Source: a plasmid
DNA: 64,000 bases
Sequence record: NZ_CP040051.1
Direction: 5' to 3' (one strand)
Shown piece after piece: positions 39,054-50,680 of this stretch. The notes under the pieces were generated by a model, which was not told the DNA's origin, did no database searches, and saw only the letters and a list, made by a program, of their open reading frames with translations. The first letter of the stretch is position 1, and each line of letters opens with the position of its first letter. The translations under genes were made by a program, and so were the position numbers.

Positions 39054-39873
39054 TGGCACTGTTGCAAATAGGGATCTGAGTCGATGATTTTCCCTTCAAA
39101 AAAGCTTAGAGACCGAAAACTCTATTTACTAGCCAAACTTCTCCTAGAATATTACCGTTATAAAATAATGAAGCTTGTCCTTTGCGTAGAGCACGCATAA
39201 CCTCAATACCTTTAATTGTGGCATAAGCCGTTTTCATAGACTTGAATCCCAACGTAGCCTTGATGATCCGTTTGAGCTTGCCATGATCACATTCAATCAC
39301 GTTATTCTTGTATTTAATCTGTCGATGCTCCAGGTCTTCAGGACACTTTCCTTCCTGTTTTAGTCGCGACAAAGCACGGCCATAGGTATGAGCCTTATCA
39401 GTGTTTATGACTCGTGGAATCTGCCATTTTTTGACATGATTCAAAATCTTACCAAGAAAACAATAAGCTGAATGGGTATTTCGTCTAGCAGAAAGATAGA
39501 AATCAAGAGTATGGCCACGTTGGTCAACTGCACGGTATAGATATGCCCATTTGCCATTCACTTTTACGTAAGTTTCATCCAGATGCCATAAATGTCGATC
39601 TGTAGGATTACGCCAATACCAACGTAAACGTTTTTCCATTTCTGGAGCATAACGCTGAACCCAACGGTAAATAGTCGTGTGATCAACATTCACACCCCGT
39701 TCGGCCAGCATTTCCTGCAGTTCACGATAGCTAATGCCATATTTACAATACCAGCGCACAGCCCAAAGAATGATTTCGCCCTGAAAATGCCGACCATGGA
39801 AAGGATTCATATGCTGCACCTTTAGCTAAAACAGTCTTCAGCTTACCATTCGTGGTTATTTGCAACAGTGCCA
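39054..39873 (-). mobile_element. IS6-family insertion sequence (IS1008/IS1006-like, divergent from copies 1 and 3), copy 2
   Basis: IRs GGCACTGTTGCAAATAG at 39054 and TTTGCAACAGTGCC ending at 39873. A 237-aa transposase. Confidence 0.9.
39106..39819 (-). CDS. tnpA: IS6-family DDE transposase
   Basis: About 90% identical to the copy 1 transposase. Confidence 0.9.
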   Translation of the reverse strand: MQHMNPFHGRHFQGEIILWAVRWYCKYGISYRELQEMLAERGVNVDHTTIYRWVQRYAPEMEKRLRWYWRNPTDRHLWHLDETYVKVNGKWAYLYRAVDQRGHTLDFYLSARRNTHSAYCFLGKILNHVKKWQIPRVINTDKAHTYGRALSRLKQEGKCPEDLEHRQIKYKNNVIECDHGKLKRIIKATLGFKSMKTAYATIKGIEVMRALRKGQASLFYNGNILGEVWLVNRVFGL

Positions 39874-39926
39874 ACGTAAGAAACATGGACCTGAATATCG
39901 TCGCCAATGGCGTAAGCTTCATGTGA

Positions 39927-40422
39927 GTTCTAATTAACTATGCGACATTCCAAACAACCATGCGATAAGGCTTGCTCAAGGGAATTTAGATGAAAAAAAC
40001 AAATGTCCATATCTTCATTTGGAAATTTGTAATTGGATTATTCTTTTTTAGTTTTCTTATGACTTATGTTCACTCAAATGCTGAAATTACAAATTTATCA
40101 ATGTTGTTTTATGGGTTTAAGGTAGGTCTGTGGTTTGCAACTATTGCTACCACTTTGATTTGTGTATTGCTCGGTTTAGCAAAGCTCTTAAACAATAAAC
40201 CTGAGAAAAATGAGCTTATTTACTCATGGTTTTATACATCGACAAAATATACGCTAGTGTTTGTTTGCACATTAGCTGTTGCTATTTTTGTCGCATAGTT
40301 AAGTGTAATTTTTTTGGTCTTATCGCAACATTGATTAGTAAATTTGTCGCACAGTTCTTTAGAATATTGAATGTATTTTATTGATATTTTATAAAACTGT
40401 CGCTTAGTAAATTGGAACTGAC
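39927..40422. repeat. Second copy of the 500-bp repeat (= 1744..2244)
   Basis: Exact identity; the right end fuses to the IS903-group fragment. Confidence 0.85.
39990..40298 (+). CDS. small integral membrane protein, copy 2
   Basis: Identical to the 1812..2120 product. Confidence 0.6.
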   Translation: MKKTNVHIFIWKFVIGLFFFSFLMTYVHSNAEITNLSMLFYGFKVGLWFATIATTLICVLLGLAKLLNNKPEKNELIYSWFYTSTKYTLVFVCTLAVAIFVA

Positions 40423-40966
40423 ACTTCATATTGGCATCGATGCTGAAACCTTGCAAATACGTGCAGTACAGCTTACTACAAATAATGTGAGCGATTCGCA
40501 AGTACTCGGTGATTTACTTGCTCAAATTCCCTTAGATGAACGAATTGATTCGGTCTATACCGATGGTGCTTATGACACGAAGCACTGCAGACAAGTCATT
40601 CTAGATCGAGATGCACATGCGCTCATTCCGCCAAGAAAAAATGCAAAACCATGGAAAGATCAGAAATTGAGATCTTTAGAGCGGAATGAGTTACTGAAAA
40701 CAGTTAAACGTTTAGGAAGAACGCTTTGGAAAAAATGGTCTGGTTATCATCGTCGAAGTTTAGTTGAAACCAAGATGCATTGCATCAAACTATTAGGTGA
40801 TAAATTAACAGCAAGGAGTTTTTCTAGTCAGGTGAATGAGATTCATGCACGCATAGCCGTATTGAACAAATTTACAGAATTAGGTCGTCCTCATACCCAA
40901 GTTGTCACTTGAATTCTGTTCAAATGAGCAGAGTGTTATCTTTTAAATCTTTGTGCAACAAAGCCC
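40423..40966 (+). mobile_element. 3-prime portion of an IS5-family IS903-group element (transposase C-terminal about 160 aa plus right IR)
   Basis: …DSVYTDGAYDTKHCRQ…ALIPPRKNAKPW… resembles the IS903 Tnp C-terminus. The IR GGGCTTTGTTGCACAAAG (reverse complement) ends at 40966. Confidence 0.7.
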
Positions 40967-41068
40967 ATCAGCTCTACGATGTTAATTTAAAAAAAACTAA
41001 AAACAGGGATAGAAAATTTTCGCTAAAGAGCTTTTTGATTTTCGATTTATAAAAAATATTGCTTTTTT

Positions 41069-41092
41069 TATACTATGGGGTACTATAGTATA
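41069..41092 (+). promoter_or_regulatory. FrmR/RcnR-type operator: AT-rich inverted repeat flanking a G-tract (TATACTAT-GGGGTACT-ATAGTATA)
   Basis: Palindrome 25 bp upstream of the frmR start. Confidence 0.6.
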
Positions 41093-41116
41093 AAAGCTAG
41101 CAAATAAGGAGGTCTG

Positions 41117-41392
41117 ATGCCTAATCAGGTTGAAGACAAAAAAAAGATTCTTCTACGCGTCAGAAGGATCAAAGGTCAGACGCAAGCGATTGAAAAAGCG
41201 TTAGAAGACAATGTGGAATGTGGTGCAATTCTGCAACAAATATGCTCTGTGCGTGGTGCTATTAATGGTTTAATGAATGAAATGCTGGAGGTTCATTTAA
41301 AGGACACTTTAGTATCAGGTGAAACCACAGAACAACAACGAAAAGAAGAATTGGCTGAAATCGCCAAGATTCTAAAATCATATTTAAAATAG
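41117..41392 (+). CDS. frmR: FrmR formaldehyde-responsive repressor (CsoR/RcnR family)
   Basis: 91 aa, highly similar to E. coli FrmR (KKKILLRVRRIKGQ…ILQQI…VRGAINGLM). Confidence 0.85.
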   Translation: MPNQVEDKKKILLRVRRIKGQTQAIEKALEDNVECGAILQQICSVRGAINGLMNEMLEVHLKDTLVSGETTEQQRKEELAEIAKILKSYLK

Positions 41393-42526
<1,134 letters not shown>

Positions 42527-42658
42527 TTCCGTCAGACCTTATAGTTTTCCATGCATGTGCATCATGAATGACATGCATGGAATCCTCTAAAACGGCACAT
42601 TATCTGTAAAACCGATCTATCTGTGTAGGCATCGTGTATAGGTTCAACAAACCTGCCT

Positions 42659-43475
42659 GGCACTGTTGCAAATAGAGATTTGAGTCGATGAAGTTCCTTT
42701 TTAAAAGTGCTTAGAGACCGAAAACCCTGTTGATTAGACACACTTCACCTTGAGGCTGACCATAATAAAATGACGATGCTTGTCCTTTACGTAGTGCACG
42801 CATGACTTCAATACCTTTAATTGTGGCATAAGCCGTCTTCATAGATTTGAATCCTAATGTGGCCCTGATGATCCGCTTTAACTTACCATGATCACATTCA
42901 ATGACATTATTTTTATACTTAATCTGCCTGTGCTCAATATCTACTGGACATTTTCCTTCTCGCTTTAACCGTGATAAAGCATGGCCATAGGTCGCTGCTT
43001 TATCTGTATTGATGACCCGTGGAATTTGCCATTTTTTCACCGTATTGAAGATCTTTCCTAAAAACAATAGGCTGATTTACTGTTCCGTCTAGCGGAAAGG
43101 TAAAAGTCAATCGTATGACCACGTTGATCAACTGCACGATACAGGTAAGTCCATCGCCCCTTCACTTTGATATAAGTCTCATCCATATGCCATGAATGTA
43201 AATCTGTAGGATTACGCCAATACCAGCGTAAGCGTTTTTCCATTTCTGGAGCATAACGCTGAACCCAACGATAAATTGTGGTGTGGTCAACATTCACACC
43301 TCGTTCAGCGAGCATTTCTTGAAGTTCACGATAGCTGATGCCATATTTACAATACCAACGAACAGCCCAAAGAATGATTTCACCTTGAAAGTGCCGACCA
43401 TGGAAGGGATTCATCTGCTGTATCTCGAAATAAATAAGATATTTAGCTTATCATGTCAGCCTATTTGCAACAGTG
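42659..43475 (-). mobile_element. IS6-family element copy 3 (near-identical to copy 1) with a frameshifted transposase
   Basis: IRs at both ends. The tnp reading frame is split (42711..43067 and 43058..43414) by an A6-to-A5 run near 43065. Confidence 0.85.
42711..43414 (-). pseudogene. tnpA: IS6-family transposase, frameshifted
   Basis: Two overlapping 118-aa ORFs that together equal the copy 1 Tnp. Confidence 0.8.
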
Positions 43476-43542
43476 CCTTCTATAATCCACAACTTTTTCT
43501 GAAGGGGTTTTAACCAGCTTGCCCCCATTTCTTTTACTTGGT

Positions 43543-43998
43543 TCAGGCATGTAATGCTCCTAGAGAATCGGGATCAACCTCTAGAGTATCTAAAGCTAGG
43601 TTTAGAACAGGTAAAGTTGTAACTGAGAGTACATAAGCTCCAATGTATAAATTTGGCTCATGGTACTGGTTTACTAAGCGATCAAAAACTTTACCTAAGA
43701 TCAAAACAAAATGCTGAAGCGAAGCTAAATCGTTTTGGTCCTTAATTTGTCCGGTTGCAGACAATAAAGTATGAAGATGCTTCTTAAGTCGAAATGCAGA
43801 GCTAATTTGAATAATATTTTTGGCGTTGTTGAGCTTTTTAAGATAGCTCATAATACTTGAGCTTTGATTAATGATAGGGAGTATTTCAGCTTTGATAAGC
43901 TCATAGCTCGCTTCAGTTAAGTGAATAACATGAGTCTCAAGTACAGCTTGGTTTTGTACAAAATTTACTGTAATTGCTTTCATAAGTGCCTTCCTCAT
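43543..43998 (-). CDS. hypothetical protein
   Basis: 151-aa ORF in the AT-rich block. Confidence 0.4.
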   Translation of the reverse strand: MRKALMKAITVNFVQNQAVLETHVIHLTEASYELIKAEILPIINQSSSIMSYLKKLNNAKNIIQISSAFRLKKHLHTLLSATGQIKDQNDLASLQHFVLILGKVFDRLVNQYHEPNLYIGAYVLSVTTLPVLNLALDTLEVDPDSLGALHA

Positions 43999-44208
43999 CA
44001 GTTCATCAAGAATCTGACTGTTTTGTTAATTATAAGACCTTAAGTCTGTGTTGTAGATAGATAACAACCTACAATCTCATTTTAGATGAAATCTTAGTTA
44101 AGTCAATATAAATTGTACAAAGTACAACTAATTAATATTTCATATTGTAATGCTAACTCTAAACAAATATAATGAATAGGCAAAAATTAAATATTTGGAG
44201 AGGGATAA

Positions 44209-44460
44209 ATGAATAAATATAATGTAAAAATTTTTGAAGGTAATAATAGAATTTTGCATAGAACTGTAAAAGCTGGTTCGATTGAAGCTGCATACTATTG
44301 TGAAAATATTATTAATAATCTTAAAAAAGAGGTAGGTGTTTCTGTATTAAATTTAACTTACAGTACTATTTATGAATTTCAAGGAAGTGCAGAATTATGG
44401 CTTTCAAATACTAAAACTGGTAGAAAAATGTTTAGGTTGGAAGCTATAATAGTTTCGTAA
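44209..44460 (+). CDS. hypothetical protein
   Basis: 83-aa ORF with a GGAG RBS. Confidence 0.35.
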   Translation: MNKYNVKIFEGNNRILHRTVKAGSIEAAYYCENIINNLKKEVGVSVLNLTYSTIYEFQGSAELWLSNTKTGRKMFRLEAIIVS

Positions 44461-44482
44461 AATATAAAATAAGGTATCAATT

Positions 44483-44830
44483 ATGAACATTAATTTAAAG
44501 TTTATTATTTGGCATTATCTCATTCCGATTATTTTCCTAAGTATTTCTTTTTTTTATTGTTATTGTATTTTTTGGCTATATAGTGATGAGATTAATAATA
44601 GTATTCTAACCATTCTTGGTACTATTGTCTTTATAGAAGGAAAGGATCTAGATAGATTTATTTCTCCTCTCAATTGGTCTACGGTTGAAGGTGCTTACTC
44701 GTTAGTTCAATTTATGCTTGCTAATGTTACAGTTTTAGGCGTTAAATTTGTTTTTTGGGGATACCCTTTTTGTAAACTAGGAATTAATATTCTAGAGAAG
44801 CAGCAAATGCACGCTAAAACTGCTCACTAA
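44483..44830 (+). CDS. hypothetical membrane protein
   Basis: 115 aa with 2-3 TM helices. Confidence 0.4.
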   Translation: MNINLKFIIWHYLIPIIFLSISFFYCYCIFWLYSDEINNSILTILGTIVFIEGKDLDRFISPLNWSTVEGAYSLVQFMLANVTVLGVKFVFWGYPFCKLGINILEKQQMHAKTAH

Positions 44831-44844
44831 GAGCAGTTTTTTTA

Positions 44845-46701
44845 TTAAGTTCTCTCATAACTTAGAGATTTTTGATTTTCAAACTGGTTAACTTGTTTGT
44901 TTTCCATTTCGCTAATTGTTTCTTTACAAAGCTTGAGTAATGTTTTGCTCCACCGTGGTTCCGCTTCATCTGTTGCTTCAAATATATTATCTTTAATATT
45001 TGTGTAGATGTTTACTTTTTCGGCTCTACTAATGGGTAGATATCCAATGAACTCAATTGTGTTTTTAAGCATTTCTTCTGCTTTTTCCTTTTTAGAAGCA
45101 TCTATAATGGTGTTGTTGGAAGCATAAAAGATTGCTTGTAAAGTCATATTAACCCGATTTAGAGCTTCTTTTTCATTGTTATTTCTTATCTCAACTTTAT
45201 CGCTCATCAGGTTTAATGCTTGATCCAGATCGTGCCATCCATTTTTCTGACAAATTACTTTAAGCATCGGTAGGACTTGCTTTTGTTCATTGCTTGAAAC
45301 AGCTTGAACAATATCTTTGGCCATACTTAAATCGACATCCTTTTCCTTCTGATTCTCCATGAGGTGTATTAACCACGAAGTAAAGATTGCCGGATCTAGA
45401 GCTGCTGTCGTTTTCTGAATATTGATTTGAGGTTTATGAATGTTTGCGGATGCCATTGCTGGCATTTTAAAATTTGACATATTACGGCTTTGGTTGAATT
45501 CTGCGATATCGATAAGCTGTTGTTTAATGATCTCTCGGCAATGCTGTGTACCGTACTTCAGTTCAAGATCATTCCAATCAGAGAGCGTTAACTCATCCTT
45601 TTTGATAGGAGGTATTAGTACGTATCCGGATACAGCTTGAGTTGCTTCATATGCTTTTATTAACCCTCCATTTGTCTTGGTTTTGCCATTTAATTGTTCA
45701 TTTAAATCATTATCAGCGGCAATATATATGGTGGTATCTGGCCATTTGTTTCGTATTGCTATTGCTACTGAGATTAATGACTCTTTATCAAAAGCTGCGA
45801 TAGTATTAGGTTTTTCTTTACAGATCCTTGCAAAACTTTTTCCAGTGGCAAAACCTTCAGTGAGTGCAAATATTTTTTCATCTTGCGCTGGCAATCTGTG
45901 AATTGGGCAAAAAACTCCATCTTTCCGGCCATGAGTTAAATTCCCTTTAAAGAATTTTAGTTTACCGGTCTCTCTGTCTTGTAGTGCTGAGATAAGCTGG
46001 CAATTCTGGATTTTTAAATCAACGTCGTAATATGCGTTAATCAAGGTAGGTCTAATGTGATGATTTTGGAACCATGCGTGCTGAAAATATTTCGGCTTGA
46101 TATAGTCAATATTTAAACCTTTCGCTTCAGCTTTTTTTACTACTCGGCTAATAGCAATATGGAGTGATTTAGCAAACAATGGTTGCTTTTTAATAATGCG
46201 AACAAGGTCTAAGTTGTATCCTTCAGGAAATGCGGCTTTATTTTTAAGATAAGGGTGTTCATGTATGGACTGAACTGGCTGGGCTCTGTTGTATTCAATG
46301 CGCGACCATGTCTTAGCAATGCGTTGTAAGGTTCTCTGAAAGCGATGATTTCTACGCATTCGAATTTCGTATTGTTTCTTTTCCCTTTCCAATTTTCTGA
46401 GTTCTTGAAGTGATAGATTGGACTCTTTCTTTAACAATTTGGGATCTAGGTGCCATACCTCTTTATTGCCGGTATTATAATTGCCCCAAATTACACTAGG
46501 CACGTCAAAAGCGAAATTTAATCTGTACCACCCAGACTTTGAGTGCTTATTCTTTTGCGATCGCTTTAAGCATTTAACGTAATGGCGGGTGCCATCAACT
46601 TTTAGTTGATCCGCTGTGATGTCTAATTCAGCCGTTTCCCTTAAATAGTTGGCAAAAATTTGACGTGCATCATATTCGGAAATATTTAATCTCATTCCCA
46701 T
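44845..46701 (-). CDS. Toprim-domain DNA primase (plasmid/phage TraC- or P4 alpha-like)
   Basis: Toprim motifs ALTEGFATGKS … IAADNDLNE, 618 aa. Confidence 0.6.
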   Translation of the reverse strand: MGMRLNISEYDARQIFANYLRETAELDITADQLKVDGTRHYVKCLKRSQKNKHSKSGWYRLNFAFDVPSVIWGNYNTGNKEVWHLDPKLLKKESNLSLQELRKLEREKKQYEIRMRRNHRFQRTLQRIAKTWSRIEYNRAQPVQSIHEHPYLKNKAAFPEGYNLDLVRIIKKQPLFAKSLHIAISRVVKKAEAKGLNIDYIKPKYFQHAWFQNHHIRPTLINAYYDVDLKIQNCQLISALQDRETGKLKFFKGNLTHGRKDGVFCPIHRLPAQDEKIFALTEGFATGKSFARICKEKPNTIAAFDKESLISVAIAIRNKWPDTTIYIAADNDLNEQLNGKTKTNGGLIKAYEATQAVSGYVLIPPIKKDELTLSDWNDLELKYGTQHCREIIKQQLIDIAEFNQSRNMSNFKMPAMASANIHKPQINIQKTTAALDPAIFTSWLIHLMENQKEKDVDLSMAKDIVQAVSSNEQKQVLPMLKVICQKNGWHDLDQALNLMSDKVEIRNNNEKEALNRVNMTLQAIFYASNNTIIDASKKEKAEEMLKNTIEFIGYLPISRAEKVNIYTNIKDNIFEATDEAEPRWSKTLLKLCKETISEMENKQVNQFENQKSLSYERT

Positions 46702-46815
46702 ACCTCAATTGTTGTGTTCCTAGCATCAAGGTGTAGATGTCTAGGTGATTTATATAAAAAGGGTATTAGTTATGCGATTTTAACAGGAATATGAAATGTT
46801 TGCTTTTGTTTAATG

Positions 46816-47241
46816 TTAATTTCGATGATGTTTTGCGAGTGTCTTTTTTAAAAAGTGAAGAATAGAGAGGGCTTCAATGTGGGTAAGTTCCATTTCCATA
46901 AAATGATCTAAAAACTCACTTTTTATGTATGGCGGTATTTGACTTTCTTTTTCTAAATTAAAATAAAAGTTATATAAATAATGCTTTAGATCATCCCTAT
47001 AATTAATTTTATAGAGGTCATCAATATAATTTTGGCATATAAAAACTAGTGCATCGGCCATTTGGGGTGATAGTGACTCTGGAAGGTTGCTCTGAACAAT
47101 AGAAATATAATCACAAAGCATTTTATTGATATGCATAGACCAAGAAATTTGATCTTGGTCATTTTCTTTGCTTGTACGAGCCAAACTTTCTATGTAGTTC
47201 GAAACTTCTGATGAAATGGAAATCTTTCTTTTTTCGCCCAT
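46816..47241 (-). CDS. hypothetical protein
   Basis: 141-aa ORF. Confidence 0.4.
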   Translation of the reverse strand: MGEKRKISISSEVSNYIESLARTSKENDQDQISWSMHINKMLCDYISIVQSNLPESLSPQMADALVFICQNYIDDLYKINYRDDLKHYLYNFYFNLEKESQIPPYIKSEFLDHFMEMELTHIEALSILHFLKKTLAKHHRN

Positions 47242-47320
47242 GATTAAGCAAGCTTGATTAATTAAGATCTATAGTAATATTTTTTAGTAAATATAGCCAA
47301 AAAATCATTACTTACAAGCT

Positions 47321-47815
47321 TTAAAAAAGTGCAGTTTTGAGATTAAAGTCATTAATGATTAATTGAGGTTGTACAGTCTTAGGATCTGATTGAGTGCTGC
47401 TCCAATTCTGCTGATAAGATAGGTAAAAGAGCCCAACATTCTTCAACTCATGATCATACGATTTAGAGGAAGATGTAAAGAAGCTGTGCTTTTTTGCAAG
47501 AGATACGGTGTATAAATTAGAAAAATCCAAAATAAGTTTTTCGTTCTTTTGGGGTGAGATTTTACTATTCCCTCTTAAGTTTTTGTAATCAATATAGAGG
47601 TCAACACAATAGTCCTTGCTGGTTAGAGTTGTGTTGACTTCATTGTTGTTAGTCACAACTCCAATGTAGGGGCGGTCACATTTGTAAAAACCAGCATGTA
47701 CTGGAATGAAGAATATATCTCGTATAGCACAAATCCAAAAAGTCAAAACGACTAAGGTTATAAAGATTATTAAGCATATGATCTTTAAGATCTTAACTAA
47801 CAGGGCTGTATTCAT
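47321..47815 (-). CDS. hypothetical membrane-anchored protein
   Basis: 164 aa with an N-terminal TM helix. Confidence 0.4.
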   Translation of the reverse strand: MNTALLVKILKIICLIIFITLVVLTFWICAIRDIFFIPVHAGFYKCDRPYIGVVTNNNEVNTTLTSKDYCVDLYIDYKNLRGNSKISPQKNEKLILDFSNLYTVSLAKKHSFFTSSSKSYDHELKNVGLFYLSYQQNWSSTQSDPKTVQPQLIINDFNLKTALF

Positions 47816-47825
47816 ACGTTGACCT

Positions 47826-48047
47826 TTAGATATATTTTTCTATTAACAGTTCTTGAAAGTAATTTATAAATCCAGATAACCCTAAGATCTTATAAAGCAA
47901 AATCTGAAGAGAAATTAGAAGAATGTAACGAAAGAAAAAACCATGAAAAATGGATGGGCCATTAGGGAAAAACCTTTTGATTTTAAAAGGAAAGTAAATT
48001 AAAAATGCTTGAGCTATCAAAGCCAATATTCCGTAAAGTAGAAACAT
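47826..48047 (-). CDS. small membrane protein
   Basis: 73-aa hydrophobic ORF. Confidence 0.35.
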   Translation of the reverse strand: MFLLYGILALIAQAFLIYFPFKIKRFFPNGPSIFHGFFFRYILLISLQILLYKILGLSGFINYFQELLIEKYI

Positions 48048-48158
48048 GGAAAAGCCTAATCAAAATATTTTAAAAAAATTATAGTGCATAAATTTAAAAA
48101 TAACATTAAAATATTTTAAAAAATTGATACTGCAATTTTTTAAAAAAGGGCGTTCATT

Positions 48159-48890
48159 ATGCTGAAGAAAATTGGTAAGGCTTTTGTCTATTTGTATGTG
48201 ACGTTGCCATTGAAAGGTATAGCTGGAAATTTAGGTTATAAACACCTGAAAAATGACTATGAATTCAATAAACAACAGTATAAAAGTCTAAAGAAAATAC
48301 ATTGTCCTGCATGCTTCAAAAGCATTGTTCAAACATCGCAAATCAAGCTAACTGATAATGAAATTGTTGAGCACAAAGCACCAGCAAAAGCGGTTAAAGT
48401 CACGTTAAAATGCGCTAATCCTGAATGTTCTTTTGAGAATTCATTCATTTCGGGACCTAGTAAAAAAGAAATTAGTGAAAAGACTAATAATGCAATTTTG
48501 GCAGTTGGCCGCGAAAGTGCTAAACGGATCTTTGAAGTAATTCCGGTTGGTCAAGTCAATAATTCAATTAAAGAACATTATGAAATGGCGATTATGTTAA
48601 GAAATATAAGTATTTTTTGCGTAATCGGTTGTTTTGCATTTACTTTTTATCAGATTTTTTTCAAGGATAACTCATTATTTTTCACTGCCTTATCTGCCTT
48701 CTCGTGGCTGGTTATAGGGTTAGGTATATTTCTTAATGCCCTTAAGTATTCACATAAGTCATGGCAAGCACAGACTTTAAAGGTTTTTGAACAGCAGTCT
48801 CAGTTTTATTTTTGGTTTAAAAATCATGCATGGTTTTCAAAACCTAAATACTGGCGTATCAGTGGAGAAGGGAAAAATGCTACAAAGTAA
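48159..48890 (+). CDS. zinc-ribbon (CPAC…CANPEC) membrane protein
   Basis: 243 aa with a Cys4 motif and two TM helices. Confidence 0.45.
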   Translation: MLKKIGKAFVYLYVTLPLKGIAGNLGYKHLKNDYEFNKQQYKSLKKIHCPACFKSIVQTSQIKLTDNEIVEHKAPAKAVKVTLKCANPECSFENSFISGPSKKEISEKTNNAILAVGRESAKRIFEVIPVGQVNNSIKEHYEMAIMLRNISIFCVIGCFAFTFYQIFFKDNSLFFTALSAFSWLVIGLGIFLNALKYSHKSWQAQTLKVFEQQSQFYFWFKNHAWFSKPKYWRISGEGKNATK

Positions 48891-49704
48891 AAGACTTTTC
48901 TACTTTCTTGGTTGTATGGTGTGTGTGTCTGGCATAACGAATGCTAAAGTTCCACAAATGAGCTCCCAGCAACTTGGTTTATATGCTAATCAGCTTAATG
49001 GTTCTCCTAGAGCCAATTTTGTTAATAGCGGTACTACTAGTAATCATTCAATTAATCCGAAAACTGCAAACACTTCTGTAGTTTTACCACAAAGAAGAAC
49101 TGGTAATTATACAACTATAAGTTATACCAATTCTCCAGCTCCAGAAGCTAAGCAGCTCGAAATTGTACAACAAAGCCAAACATCGAATACAAATTGGGTT
49201 CAAGAATACGCATTTAGAGGTAATGTCGCTGCGCCTGAAGTACTAAATAATTACAGTTATCAAAAACCAAAAGTTAATATCAATTACGTTCGTGGACGTG
49301 AAGCTAACTTAACATGTGTAATCGCTGCGGCTCGATCAGAAGGTGTGCCTCTTTATGTGCTATTGGGAATTCAAAGTAAAGAAAGAGGTAGAAATGGTGA
49401 AGTTAACGCGACAAATGATATGGGTCATTTCCAAGTAAATAAACAGCATTTTAGAAATGGAGGAATGTTTAACCCGCAAGACATGGAGAGAGCTCGTACA
49501 GATGGGTGTTATAACGCTGTATTGGCCGCTAAAATATTACGTGATCGGCTGAGTACTAAAGTTGCATCTGTAGATTTCTGGACTCGCGCCGCAGCTTATC
49601 ATTCATGGACTCCTTCCGTGAACGCAAGATATCGACCAGATCTAATAAGATATTCTATGCAATGGAAACAGTGGTTGACACAAAATGGAATTAATCCGAA
49701 CTGA
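48877..49704 (+). CDS. Lytic transglycosylase (SLT domain), VirB1-like, with signal peptide
   Basis: SLT catalytic region …GIQSKERG…MGHFQVN…. Start chosen at MLQSKRLFYFLGCMVCVSGITNA. Confidence 0.65.
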   Translation: MLQSKRLFYFLGCMVCVSGITNAKVPQMSSQQLGLYANQLNGSPRANFVNSGTTSNHSINPKTANTSVVLPQRRTGNYTTISYTNSPAPEAKQLEIVQQSQTSNTNWVQEYAFRGNVAAPEVLNNYSYQKPKVNINYVRGREANLTCVIAAARSEGVPLYVLLGIQSKERGRNGEVNATNDMGHFQVNKQHFRNGGMFNPQDMERARTDGCYNAVLAAKILRDRLSTKVASVDFWTRAAAYHSWTPSVNARYRPDLIRYSMQWKQWLTQNGINPN

Positions 49705-50014
49705 AGGTTATGAAGATAAAATGGTTCAAAAGCATATTTCTCAAAATTACATCTTTAAGAAACTTGTTCACTTAACAAACCTAAATGATGATATTGAAAC
49801 TTTGATAACACTGTTTAAAGAGAAAGATATCGTGGTTGATTCAGCTTTGATTGAATCGTGGTTAAGCGAAGAAGGTCAATCTAACTTTAAAGAAATTTCA
49901 GAAAATAATTTATTTTCCTTTTTTGAGATTCTTTTTAGCGTTAAAAAGGAAGCTCTATCTAAAGATATAAATTTATTTGATTTAAGTTATATTTTTGAAG
50001 ATATCAGAAACTAA
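49685..50014 (+). CDS. hypothetical protein
   Basis: 109-aa ORF. Confidence 0.35.
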   Translation: MELIRTEGYEDKMVQKHISQNYIFKKLVHLTNLNDDIETLITLFKEKDIVVDSALIESWLSEEGQSNFKEISENNLFSFFEILFSVKKEALSKDINLFDLSYIFEDIRN

Positions 50015-50057
50015 TAGATGCGCTTTGACAATCACGAGGCAGAGTTTAAAAGTAAAA

Positions 50058-50273
50058 ATGAGTGACTATATGTTTAAAAAATTGATTAGATTCTTTATAG
50101 GAAAAAAGACTATTGTACCAAAGGCTATTTTTGATCCTATGGACTTCTCCCATGCTATCAGCTTGCAAATTACAATAAAGAAAGATGGCTCGAAATTGTA
50201 TCAACCATTTGGTATTTCAAGTAAAAAGGGCACACCTATTACAACAATAGTTTATGAAAATGATATTGTTTAA
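50058..50273 (+). CDS. hypothetical protein
   Basis: ORF shortened to the MSDYMFKK start. Confidence 0.3.
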   Translation: MSDYMFKKLIRFFIGKKTIVPKAIFDPMDFSHAISLQITIKKDGSKLYQPFGISSKKGTPITTIVYENDIV

Positions 50274-50313
50274 TATTTGAAATACTTAATTTCATACTGT
50301 TTGGGCATCTTAT

Positions 50314-50649
50314 ATGAGTAAAAAATTGAAATTTAATTTCAAAAATATTATTAACTTAAAACCTTTTGATGAAAATGAAGATAATAGTCGGGATGATTTT
50401 ACGGGAAGTAAAACTAGATCTTTCTTTATTTATTTGGCCTTTTTTTGCAGTATAGCTGGAATTTCTGCGGTATTTATCTATCCTATGACTAAAGCACCAA
50501 TAATTTTAATATCATTAGGTTGTGCTTCTTCAGCTATTTTAAGTGGTATCGAGTGGCATTTAGGATATAAGTCAAAAGCATTGAATAAGTTATTTGAAGC
50601 AACAGTTCTTTTAGTGCTTTTGATTCTTGTAAGGTTATTTACTTGGTAA
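50314..50649 (+). CDS. hypothetical membrane protein
   Basis: 111 aa with 3 TM helices. Confidence 0.4.
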   Translation: MSKKLKFNFKNIINLKPFDENEDNSRDDFTGSKTRSFFIYLAFFCSIAGISAVFIYPMTKAPIILISLGCASSAILSGIEWHLGYKSKALNKLFEATVLLVLLILVRLFTW

Positions 50650-50650
50650 T

Positions 50651-50680
50651 AAAAAAGCCCTTTTTAAGGGCTTTTTATCT
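50651..50680. terminator. Bidirectional Rho-independent terminator between convergent genes
   Basis: AAAAGCCC-TTTTTAA-GGGCTTTTT. Confidence 0.6.

Noticed and set aside
41069-41092. A perfect-looking palindrome that could be mistaken for a CRISPR repeat or an IS end
   Set aside because: It is a single copy, placed exactly upstream of frmR, and its architecture matches FrmR/RcnR operators. No repeat-spacer array occurs anywhere in the window.
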